From: an uncultured Bacteroidales bacterium
Lineage (GTDB): Bacteria > Bacteroidota > Bacteroidia > Bacteroidales > B18-G4
Length of the DNA stretch: 64,000 bases
Assembly: GCA_964531985.1 (NCBI GenBank)
Contig: CAZHFC010000016.1
Coordinates: 3,900 to 67,899 of the forward strand
Direction of reading: 5' to 3'
The notes beneath the pieces were generated by a model. That model ran no database searches and was not told the origin of the DNA. It saw only the letters and a list, made by a program, of their open reading frames with translations. Each line of letters opens with the position of its first letter. Position 1 is the stretch's first letter. Below are positions 31,882 through 41,422 of this stretch, in pieces. A program made the translations under genes and the position numbers.

Positions 31882-32518
31882 ACAGCAAATTCCGTAATAC
31901 GAAGTATTTAACATAAAACCAGTTATCGGGACGAAGTCCGATAACGACAGGTTTTATGTTAAGGAATTTGCTGTGATCACCACCATAATACGAAGCAATC
32001 AAAATAAAACCGGTTATCGGGACGCAGTCCGGTAACGGCAGGTTTTATGTTCAGGAATTTGCTGTGACCATCGCCCCAATATGCAGTATTCAATTAAACA
32101 GTCTAACCGGACGCAGTCCGATAACGACAGGTTTTATGTTAAGGAATTTGCTGTGATCATCACCATAATACGAAGCATTTAAAATAAAACCGGTTATCGT
32201 GACGCAGTCCGATAACGACAGGTTTTATGTTAAGGAATTTGCTGTGATCATCACCATAATACGAAGCATTTAAAATAAAACCGGTTATCGTGACGCAGTC
32301 CGGTAACGACAGGTTTTATGTTAAGGAATTTGTTGTGATCATCACCATAATACGAAGCAATCAAAATAAAACCGGTTATCGTGACGCAGTCCGGTAACGG
32401 CAGGTTTTATGTTCAGGAATTTGCTGTGATCACCACCATAATACGAAGCAATCAAAATAAAACCGGTTATCGGGACGCAGTCCGGTAACGGCAGGTTTTA
32501 TGTTAAGGAATTTGCTTT
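31882..32518 (+). repeat. Tandem array of seven ~91-bp units, each with a ~50-nt imperfect hairpin (candidate structured-RNA or terminator-like array)
   Basis: The anchor word ggaatttg recurs at 31963, 32054, 32143, 32234, 32325, 32416 and 32507, giving periods of 91, 89, 91, 91, 91 and 91. Each unit contains acataaaacc-N-gttatcgggac-gca-gtccgrtaac-N-ggttttatgt. An inverted copy of the anchor (acagcaaattcc) sits at 31882-31893. No ORF of 60 aa or more exists on either strand. Confidence 0.9.
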
Positions 32519-32600
32519 GCCGTAATGACTCCGCAAATCCTTTCTCCCACAAAAGATCAACACCTTATCACTTCATTCAAAGGAAGTAATCTCCGCAGGA

Positions 32601-33506
32601 ATGAATAATTTTATTAATTTCGAAAAAAACAATCCAATCATGAGTACATTCCTGGATCATTTAAAAAGCCTCATCAATCTGAAGCTGATAGAAACCGAAT
32701 CATTCACATTATCGGTATCTAACATACTGATCGCGATCCTGGTTGTGATCATTACAATATTTTTCCTCAGGGGACTGAAGAAAGTTTTTAAAAGGCTGGC
32801 CAAAAGGGATGTTCTCGATCAGGGCACATCCCATTCACTCTTCCTGATCGTTAAATACCTGATATGGGTCATTATTATCGTAGTGCTGATCGACAGCATG
32901 GGATTAAAAGTTTCCATACTGATTGCCAGCACAGCAGCCCTGCTTGTTGGTGTGGGATTGGGTTTACAGGAGCTTTTCAAGGACGTTGCCAGCGGCATCA
33001 TCCTTCTGGTTGAACGTACCGTTAAAGTGAATGATGTTGTGGAACTGGACAATGAGATGATCGGACGGGTGGTTTCCATCGGTCTCCGGACCTCAAAAAT
33101 CAAGACCCGCGACAATGTGATCACGATCATCCCAAACTCCATGCTGGTAAACGACCAAGTCGTTAACTGGTCGCATATTGAAGACAGAACCCGCTTTCAC
33201 GTAGAGGTGGGTGTAAAATACGGAAGTGACCTGGACCTGGTGACCCGGGTGCTGCTTGATTGCGCCAAAGGGCATCCGGGGATCATTGCCGATCCGGAGC
33301 CAACTGTAAGATTTGTGGATTTCGGGGAGTCAAGCCTTGATTTTCAGCTTTTTTTCTGGACAATTGAAACTTTCAGGGTAGAGAAAATCAAAAGTGACCT
33401 TCGTTATTTAATCGATAAGGCCTTCAGGGAGAATAATATAGAAATCCCTTTCCCCCAAAGGGATCTCTATCTGAAAAGCACACCTGACAGTAATCAAAAA
33501 TCATAA
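32601..33506 (+). CDS. Mechanosensitive ion channel family protein (MscS-like)
   Basis: Three TM helices followed by the MscS beta-domain pattern (VKVNDVVELDNEMIGRVVSIGLRTSKIKTRDNVITIIPNS..NWS). The start could also be the Met at 32640. Confidence 0.85.
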   Translation: MNNFINFEKNNPIMSTFLDHLKSLINLKLIETESFTLSVSNILIAILVVIITIFFLRGLKKVFKRLAKRDVLDQGTSHSLFLIVKYLIWVIIIVVLIDSMGLKVSILIASTAALLVGVGLGLQELFKDVASGIILLVERTVKVNDVVELDNEMIGRVVSIGLRTSKIKTRDNVITIIPNSMLVNDQVVNWSHIEDRTRFHVEVGVKYGSDLDLVTRVLLDCAKGHPGIIADPEPTVRFVDFGESSLDFQLFFWTIETFRVEKIKSDLRYLIDKAFRENNIEIPFPQRDLYLKSTPDSNQKS

Positions 33507-33525
33507 TGAAGGCAAAACCAGGAAA

Positions 33526-35388
33526 ATGGCTTACAGATTAATATATGATAAAGAGCAACATCAATTTGCCGAACAAAAGATCATCCCTTTGTTTGAAGAT
33601 GATACTATTCTTAAGGAAGCCTACAGTACAGGTACCTTGAATGATGTGAAAAAGGAAGATCAACTCCTGCTGTACCTGTCAGACCATCAGCTCAAAGACC
33701 TCTTGCCCCGGCTGGCTGGTTCAGGCATTATTGTGGCTATCCTCCCGCATCCTGATGCAAGAGAGGCATGCCTGGGCATGGGCGTAGACAGAAGCCTGAG
33801 CAATGCCATAAAGCACATATTAAAAGGGCAAACCCCGATCAAAACAGACCTGTTGTTTTGCAATGGTATGCCTGTTTTCAACAACATGGTGGTTGGTCAG
33901 ACTTTTAAACTAAGCAGCGAAGGCATGTCCGACCCCGGCGGGTTTTTGAAGCGAAAACTCCGCCTTTTGGCGCGGTTTTTTAATATAAAGCCCTTCCGAG
34001 TCGATGTGGATCTTACAAATGAAAAGCACATAAAAACCTCCGTTGCGGGCATCGTGGTATCTGAACACCGGAAAAGTTCCCTCCTTTCCCGCTTGCTTTT
34101 GGATGATTCATCTGTCAGTGACGGGAAAATGCACGCGTTTTTTGTGAGCCCCCGCAGTGTAGCCGGGATGATCCGTTTTTTTGTCAGTTCATTATGGAAA
34201 ACGAACAGGCTGCCTTCCTTCGGTGCGCATATAAAAACTTCACAGATCACGATCACTTTTCCGGGTGGCCCCAGGGATGTGTTGATCGACAATGAAGTGT
34301 CGAGAACGGAAAAACTCGAATTTCAGGTTGGAAAGAAACAAATTGATATTATTCCGGGAGCCTACCTGAAATTACCCGAAAGCTCCAATCAATCCGCCGA
34401 AATCTTCAAAATCAGTGCGCTGCCGACGGGTGAAACCGCCCATGTCTTATCTGAACACAAGCTTCCCCTGATCAGGCATGCTTCCACGGAGGAGTTCAAG
34501 GATCTGTTTATGGTACTGAGAGATAGTGCCCGCACAAAGAATTCTTACCTGGTCTTGATGGTGCTTTCAACAGTACTTGCAACTTTCGGTCTTTTTGCCA
34601 ACTCCTCCCCTGTTGTTATTGGTGCCATGATCCTGGCCCCGCTGATGTCGCCCATCATCTCTCTCAGCATGGGGACTTTACGGCAGGATAAAAAACTGAT
34701 AACAACCAGCATAAGCACGATCATGGCCGGGCTTGCGCTTGCATTTTTATTTACCGTATTTCTCACATGGTTAACACCGATAGAAACTGCAGGATCAGAG
34801 ATCATGGCCAGGACACGTCCAAATTTACTTGATCTTGGCATTGCGGTGGTTTCCGGCATTGCCGGTGCCTATGCACATGCCAGGGAAGAAGTGGCAAAAA
34901 CCCTTGCGGGCGTGGCCATTGCCGTAGCCCTGATACCACCCCTGGCAGTTGCCGGTATCGGACTAGGATGGGCCGACTGGAGCATCTTCGGAGGAGCGGT
35001 ACTTCTGTTGGGTACAAACCTGGCCGGTATGGTGCTGGCGGCCGCACTAACCTTTATGTTTCTTGGTTTCAGCCCCCTCCGGCTGGCCGGTAAGGGGATG
35101 TTGATTTCGCTGGTACTGGTGCTGTTGCTCAGTATACCGCTGGCACTTGGGTTTAAGCAGATGGTACAAGAACATAAAATCATTAAACAACTTGAAGGAT
35201 TGGAAACAGAATTTGCCATTATCAGGGATGTTAAGGTGGAAGAACTCTCCCCTGTTAAGATATCGCTGAAACTGGTATCGGAAGGCCCTGCCGGTGACGC
35301 TGACATAGAAATTATAAAACAATTGATTGAATACAAGGTAAAACGCAAGGTTGAAATTGAAGTGGTTACGGCCATTTCAAGAAAATAA
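33526..35388 (+). CDS. Fusion protein: N-terminal diacylglycerol/lipid-kinase-like domain plus C-terminal DUF389 membrane domain
   Basis: The C-terminal half has the DUF389-type pattern (VIGAMILAPLMSPII, AGVAIAVALIPPLAVAGIGL) with about 6 TM helices and a small C-terminal soluble domain. The N-terminal ~300 aa look like the YegS/DAGK catalytic fold (weak, by eye). Confidence 0.65.
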   Translation: MAYRLIYDKEQHQFAEQKIIPLFEDDTILKEAYSTGTLNDVKKEDQLLLYLSDHQLKDLLPRLAGSGIIVAILPHPDAREACLGMGVDRSLSNAIKHILKGQTPIKTDLLFCNGMPVFNNMVVGQTFKLSSEGMSDPGGFLKRKLRLLARFFNIKPFRVDVDLTNEKHIKTSVAGIVVSEHRKSSLLSRLLLDDSSVSDGKMHAFFVSPRSVAGMIRFFVSSLWKTNRLPSFGAHIKTSQITITFPGGPRDVLIDNEVSRTEKLEFQVGKKQIDIIPGAYLKLPESSNQSAEIFKISALPTGETAHVLSEHKLPLIRHASTEEFKDLFMVLRDSARTKNSYLVLMVLSTVLATFGLFANSSPVVIGAMILAPLMSPIISLSMGTLRQDKKLITTSISTIMAGLALAFLFTVFLTWLTPIETAGSEIMARTRPNLLDLGIAVVSGIAGAYAHAREEVAKTLAGVAIAVALIPPLAVAGIGLGWADWSIFGGAVLLLGTNLAGMVLAAALTFMFLGFSPLRLAGKGMLISLVLVLLLSIPLALGFKQMVQEHKIIKQLEGLETEFAIIRDVKVEELSPVKISLKLVSEGPAGDADIEIIKQLIEYKVKRKVEIEVVTAISRK

Positions 35389-35567
35389 TTTTAGGATATC
35401 CCGGTTGCTTACCAAAAGATTGTTACTCAACTCGCCCAGGGTTAAGGCTTTAAACAAATTCATAGCGCTACCTGATCAATATTATCCTGTTCAGCTTTCA
35501 TTCGCCTGCCTGATTTCGTATATTTACATCTGTAATGAACATTTTTTGTTAACCCAAAACTTCATCC

Positions 35568-37403
35568 ATGAAAAGAAAACTACTTTTTGCAGCGGTCATT
35601 TTCTGCGGAACGGCCATGATCACGCTCACGGCGCAGAACAATTTTCCTGAGGGTTTTATCCCCTTCGAAATGCAAGAGATTCACCCGGATATGGGTGGAA
35701 ATAACCAGGGGGGCGTGATCGGACAAAAGAGTTACGACCACACTGTGATCGGCACTACCTGGTATGATGCGCAGACCGTGAATTACGGCAATATCATGCC
35801 ACGCATCTGGGCTTATGACGACGGCAGCGTGGGCGCCACCTGGATGTCGGCCGGCCCCGGCCTGGTACCCGAACGCGGTGCCGGCTATAATTATTACAAC
35901 GGTGTAGAATGGGGCATCGGAGACCCGCATGTTGGTCCGGCCGAGCGCACGGGATGGCCCAATTACGCTCCCTGGGGTGCCGGCGGTGAGATCATCTCCC
36001 TGTACCGTTATATAGCCGGCGAAGGCCCCATCTGGATATTCAAACGTGAAGTGAAAGGCACAGGCGAATGGGAATTGGTTGAACTGACGGGCCCGGCAGG
36101 CACTTCGCTCGTATGGCATTCGATGATGACCAGCGGTGAAAACCACGAATATATCCATATCCTGGCCTATAGCTACGACCAGCCCGTACAGGGGCAGGAC
36201 AATGCCCTGCTGTATTTCCGCTCTTCCGACGGCGGTGAAACCTGGAATCCGAACGGAATTATCATTGAAGGACTTGGCATCGGGTACCTCGAAACCATCA
36301 ACGCCCTTTCCTATACCTGGGCCAATCCGGTTGGCAGCACCATCGCCTTTACCTATGGCTTCGACCGCTGGGGCGGATGGGTATTCAAATCAAACGACCA
36401 TGGCGATACCTGGGAAAGTATCCTGGTAATGGAATCACCCTATAGTCCCTTCGATCCGCCCACCGATACCGATCCATACGGCGCAGGCATCGGAAGCTCT
36501 GCCATTGCACTCGACTCTGAAGGTAAAGCCCACGTGGTCTTTCCCAGGATGATGCAGGTATGGCAAGGCGGAGAATGGTTTTATTACCCCCTCAACAGCG
36601 ACGGGCTGATATACTGGAATGAAGACAAAGCACCCCTCGACAGCACGATTATCAGTACCGCCGGGCTCGACAACCTGGCCGACGGCGGTTACCTCTGCGG
36701 TTATATATTCGGTTACGACCCCTCGGTAGGCGTTGAAATACCCAGCGGACAACCCAATTACGCCAACGCCCTCTGCGGTTTCCCGGTGATCTCGATCGAT
36801 GCCCAGGACAATATTTTCATTTCCTCCAGCAATGTGGCACCCGGCTATACCAATGGTGAATTCCTCTATCGCCATATCATTGCCAACAGCTCTTTCGACG
36901 GCGGAAACACCTGGAACGGCATGATCGACCTGAACGATGAGATCCAGTTCATATTTTCGGAATGCGCATACCCGGCCATGGCGCCGGTGATCGACAATAC
37001 CGTGTATTTTCTTTTCCAGGAAGACAATGTACCGGGTACTTTTGAGTGGCCCGGCGAACAACCCGAAGCAAATGAAAACAATATGGTGATGATGGAAGTC
37101 CCCAAAAGCGTGTTTGTAGGCCTGGAAGAGCCCGTAAACAGCCATGCTGCCTTCATGTCGTCACTCTGGCCGAACCCTGCAGCTACGGTCAGCCGTTTCA
37201 CAGTTGACCTGGAGACTGCCGGTGGGCTGAACGTTGAAGTTTTCAATGCCGGCGGACAAAAAGTAATGCAACAAGACCAGGGATTGCTGCAAGCAGGGAA
37301 ACATACCCTTCACCTGGACCTTAAAACACTCAACAGCGGTTTGTATTTTGTGAGGATCACGGCCGGAAGCAGGCAGGCCGGCAAGCGGCTGATCATACAA
37401 TAA
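35568..37403 (+). CDS. BNR/sialidase-fold repeat protein with T9SS C-terminal sorting domain
   Basis: Signal peptide, three SxDxGxTW BNR motifs (SSDGGETW, SNDHGDTW, SFDGGNTW), and a C-terminal LWPNPA...SGLYFVRI...GKRLIIQ. Confidence 0.75.
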   Translation: MKRKLLFAAVIFCGTAMITLTAQNNFPEGFIPFEMQEIHPDMGGNNQGGVIGQKSYDHTVIGTTWYDAQTVNYGNIMPRIWAYDDGSVGATWMSAGPGLVPERGAGYNYYNGVEWGIGDPHVGPAERTGWPNYAPWGAGGEIISLYRYIAGEGPIWIFKREVKGTGEWELVELTGPAGTSLVWHSMMTSGENHEYIHILAYSYDQPVQGQDNALLYFRSSDGGETWNPNGIIIEGLGIGYLETINALSYTWANPVGSTIAFTYGFDRWGGWVFKSNDHGDTWESILVMESPYSPFDPPTDTDPYGAGIGSSAIALDSEGKAHVVFPRMMQVWQGGEWFYYPLNSDGLIYWNEDKAPLDSTIISTAGLDNLADGGYLCGYIFGYDPSVGVEIPSGQPNYANALCGFPVISIDAQDNIFISSSNVAPGYTNGEFLYRHIIANSSFDGGNTWNGMIDLNDEIQFIFSECAYPAMAPVIDNTVYFLFQEDNVPGTFEWPGEQPEANENNMVMMEVPKSVFVGLEEPVNSHAAFMSSLWPNPAATVSRFTVDLETAGGLNVEVFNAGGQKVMQQDQGLLQAGKHTLHLDLKTLNSGLYFVRITAGSRQAGKRLIIQ

Positions 37404-37426
37404 AAAACAGTGAACTGGCTGTAAAA

Positions 37427-37471
37427 AAAAGCCTCCCCTGGCGAAAGAGCCATTATGCGGGAGGCTTTTTT
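37427..37471. terminator. Bidirectional hairpin terminator between convergent genes
   Basis: aaaaaaaagcctccc ... gggaggctttttt: a 7-bp GC stem extended by A/T pairs, with an A-run upstream and a T-run downstream. Confidence 0.55.
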
Positions 37472-37586
37472 CACTCTTTCAACCCAAAAAAAACTCACTT
37501 ACATCAACACTTTAATCAACCCCTATTATTAGCTGATTATCAGTATCTGCAACCATTTTATTTAAGCAGCATATTTTCTGCATTTT

Positions 37587-38165
37587 TCAATAATTTCCTT
37601 CCATCATATCCACCATCCAATCGTGATCGAGTGGCTTATCCGTAATAAGATCCGGGCCGGCCAGATAAACCATCCCCCGCTCCTCCCCTGCCCTGAACGC
37701 ATAATGCCTTCCTGCAAAGAGAAATGTATACCTCCCCTCTTCCAGGACAATGCGGCAGTGATAGCGTTGGCCGGATTTGATTGTGTCGAAGATGAAATAC
37801 TCTTCCTGCTGATCGTTTAGGTCCGGGTCGTGAATAAAACAGCGGCTGCCCACGATGAGCAGGGTATCGTCCACACAGCGGTATACAAGATATGCCGAAG
37901 AGCAATCCTCGTCCGTACCCTGCAAAATCCCCCTGATTCTCTGCCAGTTATCGCCGTAACGACTGGAATAGTACCAGCTATCGTTGGTCGTGAAATAAAA
38001 GTCGAGGCTACCCTCGTCCAGCAGGGATATGCCCAAACCGGCAGGTGCATGTTCACCGGCCAGTATCACATAACGTTCCCGGCCATTCAATGCCTCAAAT
38101 AAATAGGAAAGGAATATGATCATGGATGAAGTGATCAAAGCCAGAAAAATACGCTTGCGCATCAT
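37587..38165 (-). CDS. Hypothetical membrane-anchored/secreted protein (192 aa)
   Basis: N-terminal hydrophobic anchor and no recognisable motif. Coding is inferred from ORF length and position. Confidence 0.5.
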   Translation of the reverse strand: MMRKRIFLALITSSMIIFLSYLFEALNGRERYVILAGEHAPAGLGISLLDEGSLDFYFTTNDSWYYSSRYGDNWQRIRGILQGTDEDCSSAYLVYRCVDDTLLIVGSRCFIHDPDLNDQQEEYFIFDTIKSGQRYHCRIVLEEGRYTFLFAGRHYAFRAGEERGMVYLAGPDLITDKPLDHDWMVDMMEGNY

Positions 38166-38389
38166 AAGCGGTTCAAAGTTTTATGTGCAGTTCAAATGTA
38201 ATGTTTTCGAATACCGCCTGCAACTTTCCAATGACGGGAAAGCCTGGTTTAGGGTTATTTACGTAATAATTTCAATGATGTACGCAGCAGGGGGCTAAGG
38301 GATCCACTGTTCCCGTTACGCTTACCTCCGAATATATCGCATCTTTTTTTATATATTTGGTTCCTGTTAATCTAAATCAAAAGGATAAT

Positions 38390-40039
38390 ATGAAAAAGTA
38401 TCTGTATCCGGTCATTTTACTCTTATCTTTCCATTCAGTTGTGGTTTCGCAGCACGACAGCACGGCTTACGAAAAAGGGCTGGAAGCCATCACCCTGCAG
38501 TCCGTAAAGGGGCAGCTCGATTTCCTGGCTTCCGACTGGACGGAAGGTCGTGGCACCGGCATGCGCGGCGAGTACATTGCCTCTGACTACATTGCCAGTA
38601 TATTCAGCATTTACGGGCTGAAGCCGGGCGGCGACCAGAAGTGGTATTATCCTACCCGGGAAGAGCGGGCAAAGGGAATGCGTGCACATCCCTATGACAC
38701 CTATTTTCAGGAGATCACCCTGGTTAAACACAAGCCCGGTGAATTGCAGCAATTTACGCTTCAGAGCGGCGACCTTACATACCATCTGAACCATCATACT
38801 GACTTTTCCATTGATCCCGGGCAGATCGCCCGTGAGATCAATGCCTCCATCGTCTTTGCCGGTTACGGCTTTGTGGATGAGGATAATAAGTATGATGATT
38901 TCAAAGGTCTTGATGTTGCCGGAAAGATACTGATCAGGCTTAAGGGCTTTCCGGGCCATGGCGACACTGCCAGCGAGGCATACCAAAGGTTCAGGTCGGA
39001 TGGCAGTTACGCCATGTATTACCTGCAGCAGGAAAAAGACAAAATTGCAGCCCGGAAAGGGGTCGTAGCCATTATTGATGTAGATCCCGGCAACGACAGG
39101 TCGGGGAGCTGGGTTAGCAATATCCCTTTCAGGCACAAGACTGAGTATTATGAAGGAGATAATAAGCTAAGCACCATTTACGACTATTCCTGTTCACTGC
39201 CGGGTGATTCCATTTCCGCTTCCCCCTTGCGTATCAGCCTGAGCAAGAGAATTGTCAGCGAAATATTCAGGGGCAGCGGCTTTGATGCGGAAGCATGGGA
39301 AAGGGAGGTTGCCATGACTATGAAGCCGCCAGCGGTAAAGCTTCAAAGCAAATCGGCTCACATACGGACCAGCGTCGATTCAGAACTCATCTTGACCAGG
39401 AACGTGATCGGAATACTTGAAGGTGAGGATACCACGGAAGCCATTGTGGTTGGCGCACACTATGATCATCTGGGCATGTTTGACGGCTATATCTGGAACG
39501 GGGCCGACGACAATGCCTCGGGCACCGTTGGAATGATGAGCATTGCAAAAGCATGTATGGCAACCGGGGAAAAGCCGGCCAGGACCATTATATTTGCCGC
39601 ATGGACTGGGGAAGAAAAGGGCCTGCTCGGATCACGCTATTTTGTCGAGCACCCCTGTGTACCCATTGAGAAGATCAGGTTTTATCTCAACTATGATATG
39701 ATCTCGCGTGACGCAAAAGACGACAGCCTGGGCACAGCCTGCCGCATGATGTATACGGCCGGAAAGAAGTTTCTGGAAGATAACACCATGCGTTTTATCG
39801 ATCAATATGATATCAACCTCGACGTAAGCATGCGACCCAGCATGAGCCGGGGCGGAGGCAGCGACCATTCCCCATTTGCCCGTAAGGATGTACCCTGGTT
39901 TTATTTTATGGGTGGCTTTCACAGCGACTACCATACACCGAAGGATGAAGTGCACAAGGTGAACTACCATAAGCTGACCGGGATCAGCAGGATCGGTTTC
40001 CTGAACATCTGGGCACTTGCAAACATGAAGGAGCTGTAA
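38390..40039 (+). CDS. M28 family metallopeptidase with PA domain
   Basis: Signal peptide, a PA-like insert, and M28 zinc-ligand regions (VVGAHYDHLG, ADDNASGTVGMM, FAAWTGEEKGLLGS, GGSDHSPF). Confidence 0.85.
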   Translation: MKKYLYPVILLLSFHSVVVSQHDSTAYEKGLEAITLQSVKGQLDFLASDWTEGRGTGMRGEYIASDYIASIFSIYGLKPGGDQKWYYPTREERAKGMRAHPYDTYFQEITLVKHKPGELQQFTLQSGDLTYHLNHHTDFSIDPGQIAREINASIVFAGYGFVDEDNKYDDFKGLDVAGKILIRLKGFPGHGDTASEAYQRFRSDGSYAMYYLQQEKDKIAARKGVVAIIDVDPGNDRSGSWVSNIPFRHKTEYYEGDNKLSTIYDYSCSLPGDSISASPLRISLSKRIVSEIFRGSGFDAEAWEREVAMTMKPPAVKLQSKSAHIRTSVDSELILTRNVIGILEGEDTTEAIVVGAHYDHLGMFDGYIWNGADDNASGTVGMMSIAKACMATGEKPARTIIFAAWTGEEKGLLGSRYFVEHPCVPIEKIRFYLNYDMISRDAKDDSLGTACRMMYTAGKKFLEDNTMRFIDQYDINLDVSMRPSMSRGGGSDHSPFARKDVPWFYFMGGFHSDYHTPKDEVHKVNYHKLTGISRIGFLNIWALANMKEL

Positions 40040-40110
40040 GCCCCTGCCATTCCGGCACGAACCCACAGCTCCTCCCGGTATGACCGGGCAAGCCTTTTTA
40101 CCGGCGTACG

Positions 40111-40878
40111 CTAATCCATGATACAGCGTATCGACATGCCAAATGTCTTGCCCAGGTGACTCCTGTATACGCCCGCCGAAGCAAAGCCCATACTCCTGTA
40201 ATAAGCGCTGCCGTATGTTGGATGGGCATAGCTTGTCCACCAGCTACCCTCGGAACCCATTACCACGAAAGCGCTTCCAGTCCCCCTTTTTCCGCCCGGC
40301 AGGGCCGTAAAACCGGTTTCATTGGTTGCCCCCGAATTAGGCGGGTCCCAATGGGTTGTCCCCGCTTCTTTCAGCTTATTGCCCGCCACGGCCTGTCCCC
40401 CCAGGTAATCGGTCAGGGCGGTCCATTCGTCATCATGGGGAACATGCCAGCCAACCGGACATGGATTTTTTCCGCCATTGCCGTCCGCATTTGTCACATG
40501 CCAGTTGTAAAGGGCCCCGTAGGGATCTTTGAATGCGATGTTATTATCATACCAGCAGTATGCATGGGTGGATAAGGTATCCCATATGCCTGCTGTGGGT
40601 TGCAGCGGGATGGGCGTACCGTCATTATAACGGGTGGTTTTGAGGTTTTGCCCAAGCCATTTTTGCGAACCGATCTCCACAATGGTATACACATTGCCGT
40701 CGATATCCGTTACGAAATTTCCTCCCCCGCCGGCATAGAAAATAATGCTGTCGATGTCGCTAACGGCATATTTAACGACCGTACCGCTTGCCAGGTGGAC
40801 ATACATGCTGTCCTGCTGGGCCCCTGCCGGCCCTGCCATGAGCACCGACATCAAAATGATGGTAATTATTCTTTTCAT
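40111..40878 (-). CDS. FISUMP (Fibrobacter succinogenes major paralogous) domain protein, secreted
   Basis: Signal peptide and the characteristic series IGSQKWLGQNLKTTRYNDGTPI, GALYNW, CPVGWHVPHDDEW, AGNKLKEAGTTHW, NETGFTALPGGKR. Confidence 0.8.
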   Translation of the reverse strand: MKRIITIILMSVLMAGPAGAQQDSMYVHLASGTVVKYAVSDIDSIIFYAGGGGNFVTDIDGNVYTIVEIGSQKWLGQNLKTTRYNDGTPIPLQPTAGIWDTLSTHAYCWYDNNIAFKDPYGALYNWHVTNADGNGGKNPCPVGWHVPHDDEWTALTDYLGGQAVAGNKLKEAGTTHWDPPNSGATNETGFTALPGGKRGTGSAFVVMGSEGSWWTSYAHPTYGSAYYRSMGFASAGVYRSHLGKTFGMSIRCIMD

Positions 40879-40894
40879 TGTTTGTTTCTCCCTC

Positions 40895-41410
40895 TTAGTT
40901 TTTAATGAATTTTTTGGTGATCATGGATTTGCCACTGTGCATACGGCAGAGATACAAGCCCTCAGGAATTGCCGAAAGATCGGTCTGCCAGCTCAGCCTT
41001 TCATTTCCGTCGGGAAGGTATTCACTGTATACCAGCCTGCCATCGGTTGAAATGATATCAAGTCTGGCGGTTTCTGTGCCTGGCATGTAACAGCGTATAT
41101 GCAGGGTTCCGGAAACAGGATTGGGATACAGGTCCATCTCCGGTTTTGCAGGGGCAATCTGAGCCGGTATGTGCAGAAGGTCGGTGAAGTTCACATATCG
41201 CAGATCGGCCAGCAGGTAGTTGTCGCTGCTGCCGCTTTGCATTTCAATGAACAGTTCGCCGGATGAGAAATGCAGCTTATTGATACTGCCGATCACATAG
41301 CTCGTTTGCTGGCCGCTGTTCTCCAGCACATAGAGGTTCTGGGCTTTCAGGGCTGAGAATGATAAGGAGAGAACAATCAGCCCGGCCAGGAGTTTTGTTA
41401 TATTTTTCAT
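40895..41410 (-). CDS. Small secreted protein with T9SS C-terminal sorting domain
   Basis: Signal peptide and C-terminal LYPNPVSGTLHI...EGLYLCRM...KKFIKN. Confidence 0.7.
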   Translation of the reverse strand: MKNITKLLAGLIVLSLSFSALKAQNLYVLENSGQQTSYVIGSINKLHFSSGELFIEMQSGSSDNYLLADLRYVNFTDLLHIPAQIAPAKPEMDLYPNPVSGTLHIRCYMPGTETARLDIISTDGRLVYSEYLPDGNERLSWQTDLSAIPEGLYLCRMHSGKSMITKKFIKN

Positions 41411-41422
41411 CTGACTTCGTCT

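Noticed and set aside
31882-32518. CRISPR array interpretation of the 91-bp tandem repeats
   Set aside because: The segments between the hairpins are conserved from unit to unit rather than being unique spacers. The unit structure is hairpin plus constant linker. No cas genes occur anywhere in the window.
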